Part shown: positions 21,638 to 32,569 of the stretch, piece after piece
How positions within the stretch are numbered: the stretch's first letter is position 1
Layout of the letters: each line of letters begins with the position of its first letter
Source: Octopus sinensis
Lineage: Eukaryota
Length of the DNA stretch: 38,134 nucleotides
Direction: 5' to 3'
Assembly: GCF_006345805.1 (NCBI RefSeq)
Contig: NW_021835805.1
Coordinates: forward strand, 1 to 38,134
Translations under genes and position numbers: made by a program
Notes under the pieces: model-generated
The model's database searches: none
Told to the model about the DNA's origin: nothing
The model's input: the letters and a program-made list of their open reading frames with translations, nothing else

Positions 21638-21964
21638 CACTCTCTGTGCGTGCGGGAAGTGTTGTTGCTATTTGTTGCTGTTGTTGTTGTTTTTAACCCG
21701 GAGCTTTCCTAATAGAGCAGGCCTGTTCTACTCTTGTCCATTCGTTTTTGTTTTTTTTGGTGGGGCGGGGGTTTCTGTATTTCTATTGCATTACTTTATC
21801 TAAATCTGTATCTGTTGTGGCTGTTGTAGCTGATGTTGCTATTGTTGTTGTTACTGTTGTAGTTTTAGGATGCTGTCATTATGGTCGTTGTTGTTCCTCT
21901 CCGTCCTCTTCTTTCCTTTCCCCTTCCTCTTCCTCTTCTTCTTAATGAATGATGATGATATGAA

Positions 21965-22282
21965 TGCGCGTGGCTTAGTGGTTAGGGGCATTCGGCTCAC
22001 GGTCGTAAGGTCGTGAGTTCAATTCCGGCGGCGCGTTGTGCCCTTGAGCAAGACACTTTATTTCACGTTGCTCCAGTTCACTGAGCTGGCAAAATGAATT
22101 GCATCTTTAATTCAAAGGGCCAGCCTTTTCACGTTCTGTGTCATGCTGAATCTCCCTCAGAACTACATTAAGGGTACGCGTGTCCCGTGGATTGCTCGGC
22201 CACTTTCATATTAATTTCACGAGCAAGCTGTTCCGTTGATCGGATCAACTGGAACCCTTGTTATCGAAATCGACGTAGTGCC
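21965..22282 (+). mobile_element. SINE group B
   Basis: Colinear with 2144-2473. Confidence 0.9.
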
Positions 22283-23149
22283 TGCCACTGATGGTGGTAA
22301 TGATGATGGTGATGGTAAGGGTGTTTATTTCCTAGTCGATCCTGAGCAAGCAGGATGATTATTATTAACAACATTCCAAGTCAGATCCTAGCATTCACAA
22401 CCAAGGCATGTCCTCTCCACTCCAGGTTTGTTTTTCAGAGTAATCTTATTCTTTCAAATATACCAAGAACTTTATCATTCTACATGTACAGAGTTAACTT
22501 TTAAGTGATTATCATAAAAAAAACTGTATCGTCGTTCCATTTGCCACGACATACTTGTGTGAATTTGGATTCATTTTCCGTATTGTCAATCAACATAAAA
22601 CCCAGGAATCGCCTGATTCCACAGGCAAATGTATGAATCGCAATCAGTAAGAAAGTTCCTCGTTTTGATAAAGTCATCAAAGTGAAGAAGATGCAAAGAA
22701 GTTATTGAATTTTATGGTCATAATTGAAGATGAATTCGATATATACAGCAGATGTTGACAAACACATCATCGCTCCCATCATAGAACCGTTGATAACTTA
22801 TCGACGTTCATCATGTAAATTTCTAGAATAAAATTAAAAAGTGTAATTAATATAATAAAAATTGTTGATGGAGAAACAATAATTTCATCGTTGTTTTGTA
22901 TCATTACCGCTTTTTAATAAGAAATATCTAAAGAAACTTAATAAAAAATACTTAACGAAGTTGATAATGGACAATAAAAATTCAGTTATATATTGATATA
23001 GTCGGAATATTTAATATGAAAATGTTTGATGAACACTAGTTATTAGGTCGATATTTGGTTGGAAATGAATGAGTTGGAGCCTTAAAATACCTCGCTCTTC
23101 CAGATTCTGTTTGCTAATAATTCAGCACACTTAATGCTCAAAATCGTTT

Positions 23150-23492
23150 CAGTTGTTTATCCAGTCCTTTCGATATCCACAATGACCCTCCACCCCTGCC
23201 ACATTGGTCAATATTTGACCACTTTGCTAACGACCTCTGATTTACAGTTTCTTTTCATTGCTCAATTTACATTTGCATTTTATGTGTTGTGTCAAAAGTT
23301 TAAATTTTAAATCAATTTGTTCACCATGATATTGTATGTGGATCAATTTAAAGTTACAAAAAATACATTAGTTACTAGGAAACCGAAGTTTTCATTTTGC
23401 ATTGCGACATTACTTTTGTTGCAGGTGGGGGTGAGAAAATTAATAAAACATTTCCCTGTGGTGTGGAGCATAGCAAATGCTGGAGAACACTG
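23150..23492. mobile_element. Degenerate hAT-type MITE
   Basis: Right end gctggagaacactg|atcta resembles 12497-12514. Left end uncertain; no TSD found. Confidence 0.3.
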
Positions 23493-23524
23493 ATCTAAAT
23501 AGTCACGCGGTCATTCTTATACTA

Positions 23525-23990
23525 TTGGGTTGTCCGGAAAGTTCGTGTCGATTTTTAAAGGAAAGAAAAAGGTCAATAAATACTTGCCATAACCCAAGCT
23601 TTACCAGGTGCTCATGAACGACGGATTTTGATAGGTTGAGGCTTTCTGCCAATCCTCGGGTTGTGCAATGTGGGTTATTCTCAATGAATGACTTGATTTG
23701 GTCATCGTCTGTAGTGGATGGTCTGTCTGATCGCTCTTTATCAATAAGGCTACAATCTCCAGCTCGGAACCTTGCGAACCACTTCCGTACAGTTCTTTCG
23801 GATAAAGAAACATCACCGTAAACTGCGCATATTTCTTGATTGCTTATGAGGCATTTTTCTCTTTACGGAAAAAGAAAAGCATCAAGTCTTTTTGTACCCA
23901 CCGTTATCCTGATATTTTCTTCGGTCAAGATAGTTTAGGAGCCGAATTGCTTCTATTCGCCAAGCACCTTGAGTACATTTATAACCAATT
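23525..23990 (-). mobile_element. Internally deleted mariner element (HTH region joined to the 3' TIR)
   Basis: TA + TIR ttgggttgtccggaaagttcgtgtcgattt at 23523-23554. The minus frame 23835-23593 reads EICAVYGDVSLSERTVRKWFARFRAGDCSLIDKERSDRPSTTDDDQIKSFIENNPHCTTRGLAESLNLSKSVVHEHLVKLG. LMLFFFRK lies upstream in another frame. Catalytic domain absent. Confidence 0.9.
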
Positions 23991-24334
23991 TCTCTCTCCC
24001 GCTTTTTTTAATCTTACCTATAAAATAGGAAAAATAAAATCCCATTCCTTATATAAACAAGAATATACTGAATAATACATACAGTCCTCAGCTTTATTGT
24101 TCCTTTACAAGTGACGCTGATAACCAGCAATGGATTAAATTATATTTTCTTCTGATGATCTGGCCATACAAGGTGATTATGAAATTATCCATGTAGCGAA
24201 CATTATGTGGCATACTGGTATACGCTAATGAAACACGGGTAAATATTATGGAATATATGATGTAATAATAAAGATGTTTTAACCAAATCTCCAGTTTTAT
24301 TCTCCTCTTTTATATATAAATGGCTGTGTATAAG

Positions 24335-24376
24335 TATGTACATATATATATATATATAATATATATATATATATAT

Positions 24377-24455
<79 letters not shown>

Positions 24456-24459
24456 TATA

Positions 24460-24502
<43 letters not shown>

Positions 24503-24743
24503 TATATGGCAGAATCGTTAGCACGCTGGACGAGATGCTTAGCGGTAGTTCGTCTGCCGTTACGTTATCAGTTCAAATTCCGCTGAGGCCGACTTTGCCT
24601 TTCATCCTTTCGGGGTCGATTAAATAAGTACCAGTTAAGACCTGGGGTCGATGTAATCAACTTAATACCTTTGTCTTTCCTTGTTTGTCACCTCTAGGTT
24701 TAGCCTCCTGTGGGCAATAAAGAAATATATATATATATGTATG

Positions 24744-24791
<48 letters not shown>

Positions 24792-24839
24792 GTATATATA
24801 TATATGTGTGGTGTGTGTATGTATATATGTATATATATG

Positions 24840-24890
<51 letters not shown>
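24335..24890. repeat. Long (TA)n tract split by a SINE
   Basis: Directly visible. Confidence 0.95.
24507..24727 (+). mobile_element. SINE group C (tail type 1), slightly 5'-truncated, inserted in (TA)n
   Basis: Starts at tggcagaatcgttagcacg and ends gggcaataaagaaata. Confidence 0.9.
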
Positions 24891-24891
<1 letters not shown>

Positions 24892-25092
24892 ACAATATAT
24901 ACTAATACAATTGTTTGTTTGTATTCCACCTGCCTTCGTCTTTTGCTTATTTCCGTAAACCTGCCTTCGTCTTTTGTCTATTTTCATAAAGCTTCCCGTT
25001 ATATATATATATATATATATATAGATATATATATAATATATATATATCTATATATGAGATCTAGGCTTTCAAGATATTAATCAGCTGGACTA

Positions 25093-25548
25093 TTTGCAGA
25101 ACACCTTTTGAAAGTCGGTAAAGGGAGAGTTGCAATTGATGAAGAACAGTTTCTTGCACTCAATCCAGTATGTAATTCAGCTGATTCCATCGATCGTTTT
25201 GGATCATGAGTACAACTATATAGATCGGATCTGTGAGCGAGCTATCCTGGCTCCAAAAAATGTTGCTGTAAATAGCATTAATGATATTCTATTGAATAAA
25301 CTTCCGGGAGAAGTATTTCACTTATAACTCAATTGACAGTGTTGTTGATGATCAGGATAGTGTTAACTACCCCCATCGAATTTTTGATCTCACTAGAACC
25401 ACCAGATGCAGCTCCTCGCTGTCTTCAGTTGAAAAAAGGGACTCCTATTATGCTATTTCGTAATTTGTCTCAACCAATATTATGCAATGGTGCAAGATTA
25501 ATTGTGCACAAACTTATGAGGGACTGCATTGAGGCAAATATTCTCCTC
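25093..25548 (+). mobile_element. Helitron RepHel Pif1-helicase fragment (frameshifted pseudogene)
   Basis: [83 protein letters not shown]. These match Pif1/Helitron motifs (RAIL.PKN..V..IN; L.LK.G.PIMLLRNL..P.LCNGTRL). At least three frame changes. Confidence 0.9.
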
Positions 25549-25611
25549 AACGATACACACGCGGTCACATATTGAAAATATATATCTATATCTATCTATC
25601 TATCTATATAT

Positions 25612-25655
<44 letters not shown>

Positions 25656-26449
25656 TATATATATATATATCTATATATTATATATATATATATTATATAT
25701 ATATATGTATATATATATATATGTGTGTGTATATATATATATATATGCACATACATATATATGTGTGTGTGTGTATTATATGCGTATATGATTGTGTTTG
25801 TCTATCGATATGCAGTTATGGGTTTGTATATACACAGAAATAAATGTACATACATGTAAAATAATGTATTTGGAATGAATTGTTAATGCGTGTATGTGTG
25901 CGCGCGTTTATGTCTTTGACTGAATGGATGTCTAAGTTATATAAGTTTGGTATATGGTTATTGAAGCACTTGTTGACTGCTGTTAAGCATATAAAATAGC
26001 TATTATCGTTGTTTCATTGATACCACCCTCTATTAATCTTCACTCTCGTTTATCGATTATTTCGGAATGGCTCTCAAGAGGAATCGTTGCCAAAAATGTA
26101 AATATACCCATCTTCCTCGCGAACAATAAAGTTTTTACGATATCCGCTAATACACAAAAATGTCATACACTCGTAACTATCCATCCGGTGCATCGCTGCG
26201 AAGTTTCTTTGATAAAGACAGTTGAATCTCAATAAATATGGACTCGTAACAGCAGATATAATTAGTCTCGGAATGAAATTAAGCTTGCGCAGGAACAGTT
26301 GGTAGCTGTGATAAGGATCGAACCGAGCAATTTCAGTGCTATTTTATTAAAATTCGTCCTCTTCTCTACTCCCAAACTGTTGATGATAGTACGAAAAGGC
26401 TACTTGAAAAACTCTAAATAAAATGTATGACACATATTAAATTCATATA

Positions 26450-26668
26450 TATTTCTTTACTACCCACAAGGGGCTAAACACAGAGGGGACAAACAAGGAC
26501 AGACAAAGGGATTAAGTCGATTACATCAACCCCAGTGCATAACTGGTACTTAATTTATCGACCCCGGAAGGATGAAAGGCAAAGTCGACCTCGGCGGAAT
26601 TTGAACTCGGAACGTAACAACAGACGAAATACGGCTACGCATTTCGCCTGGCATGCTAACGTTTCTGC
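26450..26668 (-). mobile_element. SINE group C (tail type 1), 5'-truncated
   Basis: 17-bp TSD catattaaattcatata at 26433-26449 and 26669-26685. Confidence 0.95.
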
Positions 26669-27139
26669 CATATTAAATTCATATAGTTAGGTGACTTGGT
26701 ACTATATTTAAAAAATACCGTTGCTTGATGTGTAAAAGCTTTTATTCGCTACGACGCTGCAGAAAATATCTATGCATTAATATCAGGCTACAAGCTATAA
26801 TTCAAGATGGCCGATATCTATAAAAATGACGATGTTTTTCCTCTAGCCATACGAGCCGAAAGACGATCAGATTGGTTAAAGATATATTAAATCAGAAACT
26901 AGACTTAAAGGAATCCGATTTTGAGTTTCTTTTCTATCCAATACTCATATTTGATCCGATTCACTATTCGTGCAATATTGGAATATGCTTTTGTTTTTTG
27001 TTCTGGTCTTTGTTTTGTTTTGTTTTTAATTTCTTCGCTAAAATATCATATACTTTCTTGTGTTACTGATTTCTACTATATTTGGGCGACGCCATTTCAG
27101 TACCTCTATGTTTCTATACATATGCTCTTCTAATCTTTT

Positions 27140-27360
27140 TGCCAGTTTCAGCCAGTGGGTTGCGGTCAAGCTGGGCACTCCCTTACTGTATTAGCTGACA
27201 AAACGATCCCGGAACTTAATTTTTAAAACCTTCTATTTAGTCTACCGGTCTCTATTTCGTTGAGCCTATGGGAAATGGCGACGAAGACAGAGTAACTCCG
27301 TTCATATTGCGGTGTCACGTAAAGACATGTTACGGAAACAAACACACCCAGACACACACA
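27140..27360 (-). mobile_element. Highly degenerate group O-like SINE 3' half
   Basis: gtttcagccagtgggttgcggtcaagctgggcac...ccggtctctatttcg is loosely colinear with 36746-36930. Confidence 0.45.
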
Positions 27361-27371
27361 TGCGTATGTGT

Positions 27372-27473
<102 letters not shown>

Positions 27474-27580
27474 CAAATGTTATTCGCAGGGCGTTTGTCG
27501 GCACCTAATCATGCAAAACAACATTCTCATCGTCGTTATTTTCTTTAAGATGATGAGTGCCATTATTAGCTTTGTTGTTA

Positions 27581-28705
27581 GGCGGCGAGCTGGCAGAAAC
27601 GTTAGCACACCGGGCGAAATGCTTAGCGGTATCTCGTTCGCCGCTACGTTCTGAGTTCAAATTCCGCCGAGGTCAACTTTGCCTTTCATCTTTCGGGGTC
27701 GATTAAATATGTACCAGTTATGCACTGAGGTCGATATAATCGACTTAATAATCCGTTTGGCTGTCCTTGTTTGTCCCCTCTGTGTGTAGCCCCTTGTGGG
27801 CAGTAAAGAAATAGGTATTTCGTCTAAAAAGGCGGCGAATTGGCAGAAATGTTAGCACGCCGGGCGAAATGCTTAGCGGTATCTCGTTCGCCGCTACGTT
27901 CTGAGTTCAAATTCCGCCCAAGTCGACTTTGCCTTTCATCCTTTCGGGGTCGATTAAATATGTACCAGTTATGCACTGAGGTCGATATAATCGACTTAAT
28001 AATCCGTTTGGCTGTCCTTGTTTGTCCCCTCTGTGTGTAGCCCCTTGTGGGCAGTAAAGAAATAGGTATTTCGTCTAAAAAGGCGGCGAATTGGCAGAAA
28101 TGTTAGCACGCCGGGCGAAATGCTTAGCGGTATCTCGTTCGCCGCTACGTTCTGAGTTCAAATTCCGCCCAAGTCGACTTTGCCTTCATCCTTTCGGTTC
28201 GGGTCGATTAAATATGTACAGTTATGCACTGAGGTCGATATAATCGACTTAATAATCCGTTTGGCTGTCCTTGTTTGTCCCCTCTGTGTGTAGCCCCTTG
28301 TGGGCAGTAAAGAAATAGGTATTTCGTCTAAAAAGGCGGCGAATTGGCAGAAATGTTAGCACGCCGGGCGAAATGCTTAGCGGTATCTCGTTCGCCGCTA
28401 CGTTCTGAGTTCAAATTCCGCCCAAGTCGACTTTGCCTTTCATCCTTTCGGGGTCGATTAAATAAGTACCAGTTACGCACTGGGGTCGATGTAATCGACT
28501 TAATCCGTTTGGCTGTCCTTGTTTGTCCACTCTATGTTTAGCCCCTTGTGGGTAGTAAAGAAATAGGTATTTTTTCTACCGCCACGTTCTGAGTTCAGAT
28601 TCCGCAGTGGTCAACTTTGCCTTTCATCCTTTTGGGGGTCTATGTAATCGATTATCCCCTTCCTCAAAATTTCAGGCCTTTGCCGATAGTAGAAAGGATT
28701 ATTAG
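27581..28705 (+). repeat. Tandem array of SINE group C: four ~250-bp units plus a head-less type-2 unit
   Basis: Unit starts at 27581, 27831, 28082 and 28335 (periods 250, 251, 253). The units share private variants such as ggtatctcgttcgccgc and tttggctgtcc. Confidence 0.95.
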
Positions 28706-28807
28706 TTTTGTTGTTGTTGTTGTTTAGCAGTGGGTCAGCCCTAATTAGCAGGCCAATAATCAAGGTCCTTCGAGTTATGACTAACCCGCCCTACATTCTC
28801 AAACCTT

Positions 28808-29151
28808 TAGTGTTTCTCAACTGAAGTTTATATGACCCCTAAGAGTCGATAACAAGATTTTTGTGGGGTCCACGTAGCAAAATAGTAAATTGGGGATCCA
28901 CGGTAGTATTTTAAGGGCTCCTGAAATATTTTTGCTTTAGACGTGTGTATCGCAAGAAACAGCTAGGGTTCTTTCTCTAACGTTTTACATAGTTCAACTA
29001 ACACAAGCTGATGTGTGACAAACAAAATAGGAATTTTGAAAGATGCATCTATGAAACTAATTTTTAAACATCGAATGGCTAGGGGGGGGGCTACCAGAAT
29101 AAAATAGTAATCAAAGGGGTCCATAAATTAAAAAAATGTTGAGAACGCCTG
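28808..29151. mobile_element. hAT-type MITE
   Basis: Ends tagtgtttctcaac and gttgagaacgcctg are imperfect CAGTGTTTCTCAAC-type TIRs. Subterminal ggggtcca motifs. 8-bp TSD not preserved. Confidence 0.6.
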
Positions 29152-29754
29152 ATCCAGGGTTGCATGTTCGAATACTTCCATTGTATTTTCACGATGGTAG
29201 GTATGATTTGAGGAAGATTTGACTCTTATTTCTAGCACACTAACTGATCACGCATTTGCTGTTTAGTGTTGATATCATACAATCTAAGCGATTATTAAAT
29301 GCGCGGAGAACAGGGATTAATTAATATCATTGTATGAATGTGCAGTTCTATTTTCAAGAAACATAACACCGTTATCGACTCAACAACCAAACAACTTCCA
29401 AATTCATGCGCGGTTATAATAAGTAATGAAGAAAACGAAAGGATATTATTTGTTAATAACCACGTAATCACTCGTTATCTTAAAATCAAATCCCCATGGA
29501 CAACAGAGGATTTATTTTTCAGATTCAAACACTAATATTACATATAAGAAGGATAACTATGTAATCTTTATTAATCATATATGTAAAAAAAATACGAGAC
29601 GAAGCGGTCGGGGATAAAACCGGTGACGACAATGTATTGCAAGTATGTCAGTAATGAATATAAATGTTTGCAAAGATATGAGTATATATTTATGTATGTA
29701 ATATATAAGCTTCCATTATATACGAATGTGTGTGTATGTGCATTTCTTTATCTC

Positions 29755-29860
29755 TCTGTTATTTCGGTCATTGGACTGCAGTCAAGTCGGGGCACAGCTT
29801 TGAAGGGCTTTTGTCGAACGTATCAGCCCGAGAAGTTTTTTTTAAGCCTATCGGTTCCAA
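29755..29860 (-). mobile_element. Degenerate group O-like SINE tail
   Basis: atttcggtcattggactgcagtc...ggggcacagctttgaagg...gtcgaacgtatc is similar to 36750-36810. Confidence 0.5.
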
Positions 29861-30010
29861 ACAACTAGAATGTTGAATCGTATGTAGGTATAAATTATAT
29901 AAACTTGTGTATATCGCAATTTCTCATTTATGTATTGTGTGTGTGCGTGTGAAAGAGAGTGTGTGCAGAAATACATACACACATTTCAATATATATATAT
30001 ATATATATAT

Positions 30011-30054
<44 letters not shown>

Positions 30055-30441
30055 ATGTATATATGTATATATGTATGTATGTATGTATGTATGTAGTATG
30101 TATGTATGTTGTATTGTATGTATGTATGTATGTATGTATGTATGTATATACGTGTGTGTATGTGTGCGCAGACATACATACACACATTTATATATAATAT
30201 ATTATATAATATATATATATATATATTATTTCTAAGTCTCTCTAAAGGAGACTACGGCAGCGGTACTGGATATTAATAATCATCGTGAAGCTAATATGGC
30301 AGTCCAGAAATATAGGACGAATGCTGCCGTTGATTAGCTCCAAGAGGCCATCGCCGCTAGCTAGCTATGTGACATACGAACTTGTGTTCATTATAACCTT
30401 CGAACAGGGGAGGTCAGCCGCTTCCCCTTGCTGGTCAGGTA

Positions 30442-30483
30442 TCTGAGACTAGTTTCAGGGTGTTTGCTCCTTATCAATGCAGA
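30442..30483 (-). ncRNA. Minimal hammerhead variant (U3-A8), left arm; 1-nt deletion in stem I
   Basis: Minus strand TCTGCA TTGATAA GGAGCAAACACCCT GAAAC TA GTC TCAGA. Confidence 0.5.
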
Positions 30484-30574
30484 GCAGCCGAACCCAGCAG
30501 GCGTCACTACTAACCGTCTGTTCGAAGGATTATTTATCTAAATTCAGTGGAATACATCCACTGGTTTTCAATGT

Positions 30575-30617
30575 TCTGCATTGAGAAGGAGCAAATACCC
30601 TGAAACTAGTCTGCAGA
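30575..30617 (+). ncRNA. Minimal type I hammerhead variant (U3-A8 core covariation), right arm
   Basis: TCTGCA TTGAGAA GGAGCAAATACCCT GAAAC TA GTC TGCAGA. Perfect 6-bp stem I, palindromic stem III ACTAGT, GUC cleavage triplet (cut after 30611). Stem II is weak (G.U closing pair, one mismatch). Confidence 0.6.
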
Positions 30618-30776
30618 TGACTGACCAGCAAGGGGAAGCGGCTGCCCTTCCCTGTTCGAAGGTTATAATGGACATAGTTTCGAGCTAGAGACGATGGCCT
30701 CTTGGAGCTAATCAACGGCAGCATTTGTCCTATGTTTCTGGACTACCATATTAGCTTGGCGATAACAATATATATA

Positions 30777-30815
<39 letters not shown>

Positions 30816-30938
30816 GTGTGTGTGTGTGTGTGTGTGTGTTGTGTGTGTGTGTATGTATATTGGTAGTTGATTATTGATTAAGGTGTATTTCTACATTTTC
30901 TTATTTTGTTATATAAATATATATATATATATTATATA

Positions 30939-30982
<44 letters not shown>

Positions 30983-30996
30983 ATACATGTATGTAT

Positions 30997-31039
30997 GATG
31001 GCTGGCCACAGATATAAACATGTGAATGACAAAAAACAA

Positions 31040-31071
<32 letters not shown>

Positions 31072-31137
31072 AACGACGATGGTGACGATGATGGCTTGCC
31101 ACAGATGTAAACATGAGAATGACAAAGACAATTGATA

Positions 31138-31168
<31 letters not shown>

Positions 31169-31247
31169 CGACGACGACGACACGATGATAACGACGATGA
31201 TGACGATGATAGCTGGTCACAGATGTAAATAAGAATGGTAAAGACAA

Positions 31248-31293
<46 letters not shown>

Positions 31294-31370
31294 CGACGAC
31301 GACGACGATGATAACGACGATGATGACGATGATAGCTGGTCACAGATGTAAATAAGAATGGTAAAGACAA

Positions 31371-31425
<55 letters not shown>

Positions 31426-31430
31426 CAACG
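30997..31430. repeat. Minisatellite of four units: ~45-bp core plus variable (GAT/GAC)n
   Basis: Core gat(g/a)gct(g/t)g(c/t)cacagat(a/g)taaa...acaa at 30997, 31090, 31208 and 31331. Confidence 0.9.
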
Positions 31431-32343
31431 ATGACGACGGCGGCGGTGATGGCGTCGACGATGACGCCGGTTATTATAATTCCGATGATCTTGACTACAA
31501 CTATGATGATGAATTCGATTAAATTATGGAAAAAAAAATGTATTATTTTTATGAAATTATAATCAAATCCGTTTCTCTGATATCCCTAATTATTCATTTA
31601 ATATCAAAGTGTAAAAAAAACTAACATAATTACATATCTTTGAAGTTTGTGCGTATCTGTATGTGTCTTTGTGCGTTGTGTGATTTGTACGGCGTATGAC
31701 GAGTGTAAGTGAGAGAAAGCGCGGAAGAAAGAGTCGAGCAAGAGATATAAAAGAGATAGAGAAAGAGTAGTAGATGAGAGAGCACGTGAGAAAATATGTA
31801 ACAGCGGCAGAGACAGACAGCAAAACAGATATATAATAGTAATACGGTTTTACTGCCTTTATAGCTGAAAACAAGAGAGACAGATAGAGAGGAGGAGAGA
31901 GAGAAACAGACAGGTAGACAGTGACAGGGAGAGATGGTGATAGAGAGAGACGGACAGAGAGGGATAGAGAGACAGAGAGATAGGAGAGTAGATGGGAAGA
32001 GACAGAGAGGGGGAAAACTAAATAAAAACAAAGTGATAAATTTTTATTAAAAAGCGAGCTTCATTTATTTAGGTAGAAATTGATATATTTCAGTGATATA
32101 TAAACGGAAATGATAATAAAAATTACTCGTGAGAAGCAAGCATCAACGGTTAATGATTTAGATTTAAAATTATGTAAGATATTTACGAGCACTAATTTAG
32201 AATTGGAGAGACAGAGAAGCAGAGAGAGATTAGTTTTGGATCATAAAATCTTGGACTTTTCATCTGCCATATTGATGTTATATAATGATGTACTTGTATA
32301 AAAAGAATGTGTTCCTATTCGGATTTGGGGGATTTGTTCTCGA

Positions 32344-32520
32344 CAGGCGTAGCTGCATGGTAAGAGGGTTGTTTCTCAACCACAGGGTTCTGCATTCAGT
32401 CTCACTATGCGGCATCTTAAGCAAGTCTCTCCTACTAAAGCCTTGTGAGTGGATTTGTTAAGCGGAAGCTGCAAAGAAGCCAGTTTTGTATGAGTTTGTG
32501 TGTTTGTCTGTCTGTCAGAG
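32344..32520 (+). mobile_element. Degenerate SINE group O 5' part
   Basis: caggcgtagctgcatggtaag...aaagccttgtgagtggatttg is colinear with 32915-33070, with an internal deletion. Confidence 0.65.
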
Positions 32521-32569
32521 TGTATGTATGTATGTATGTATGTATGTATGTATGCATGCGCGGGCACAT

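Larger units (their letters stand above)
30288..30757. mobile_element. Foldback element with ~190-200 bp inverted arms, each carrying a hammerhead-like motif (inverted Penelope-type pseudo-LTR pair)
   Basis: 30288-30486 is the reverse complement of 30572-30757 apart from scattered substitutions and one indel block. Spacer is about 85 bp. Confidence 0.8.

Noticed and set aside
22470-22830. Possible exon in complex sequence after a minus-strand acceptor (ttttattctag)
   Set aside because: All three frames hit stops within about 15 codons of the acceptor. No recognisable peptide.
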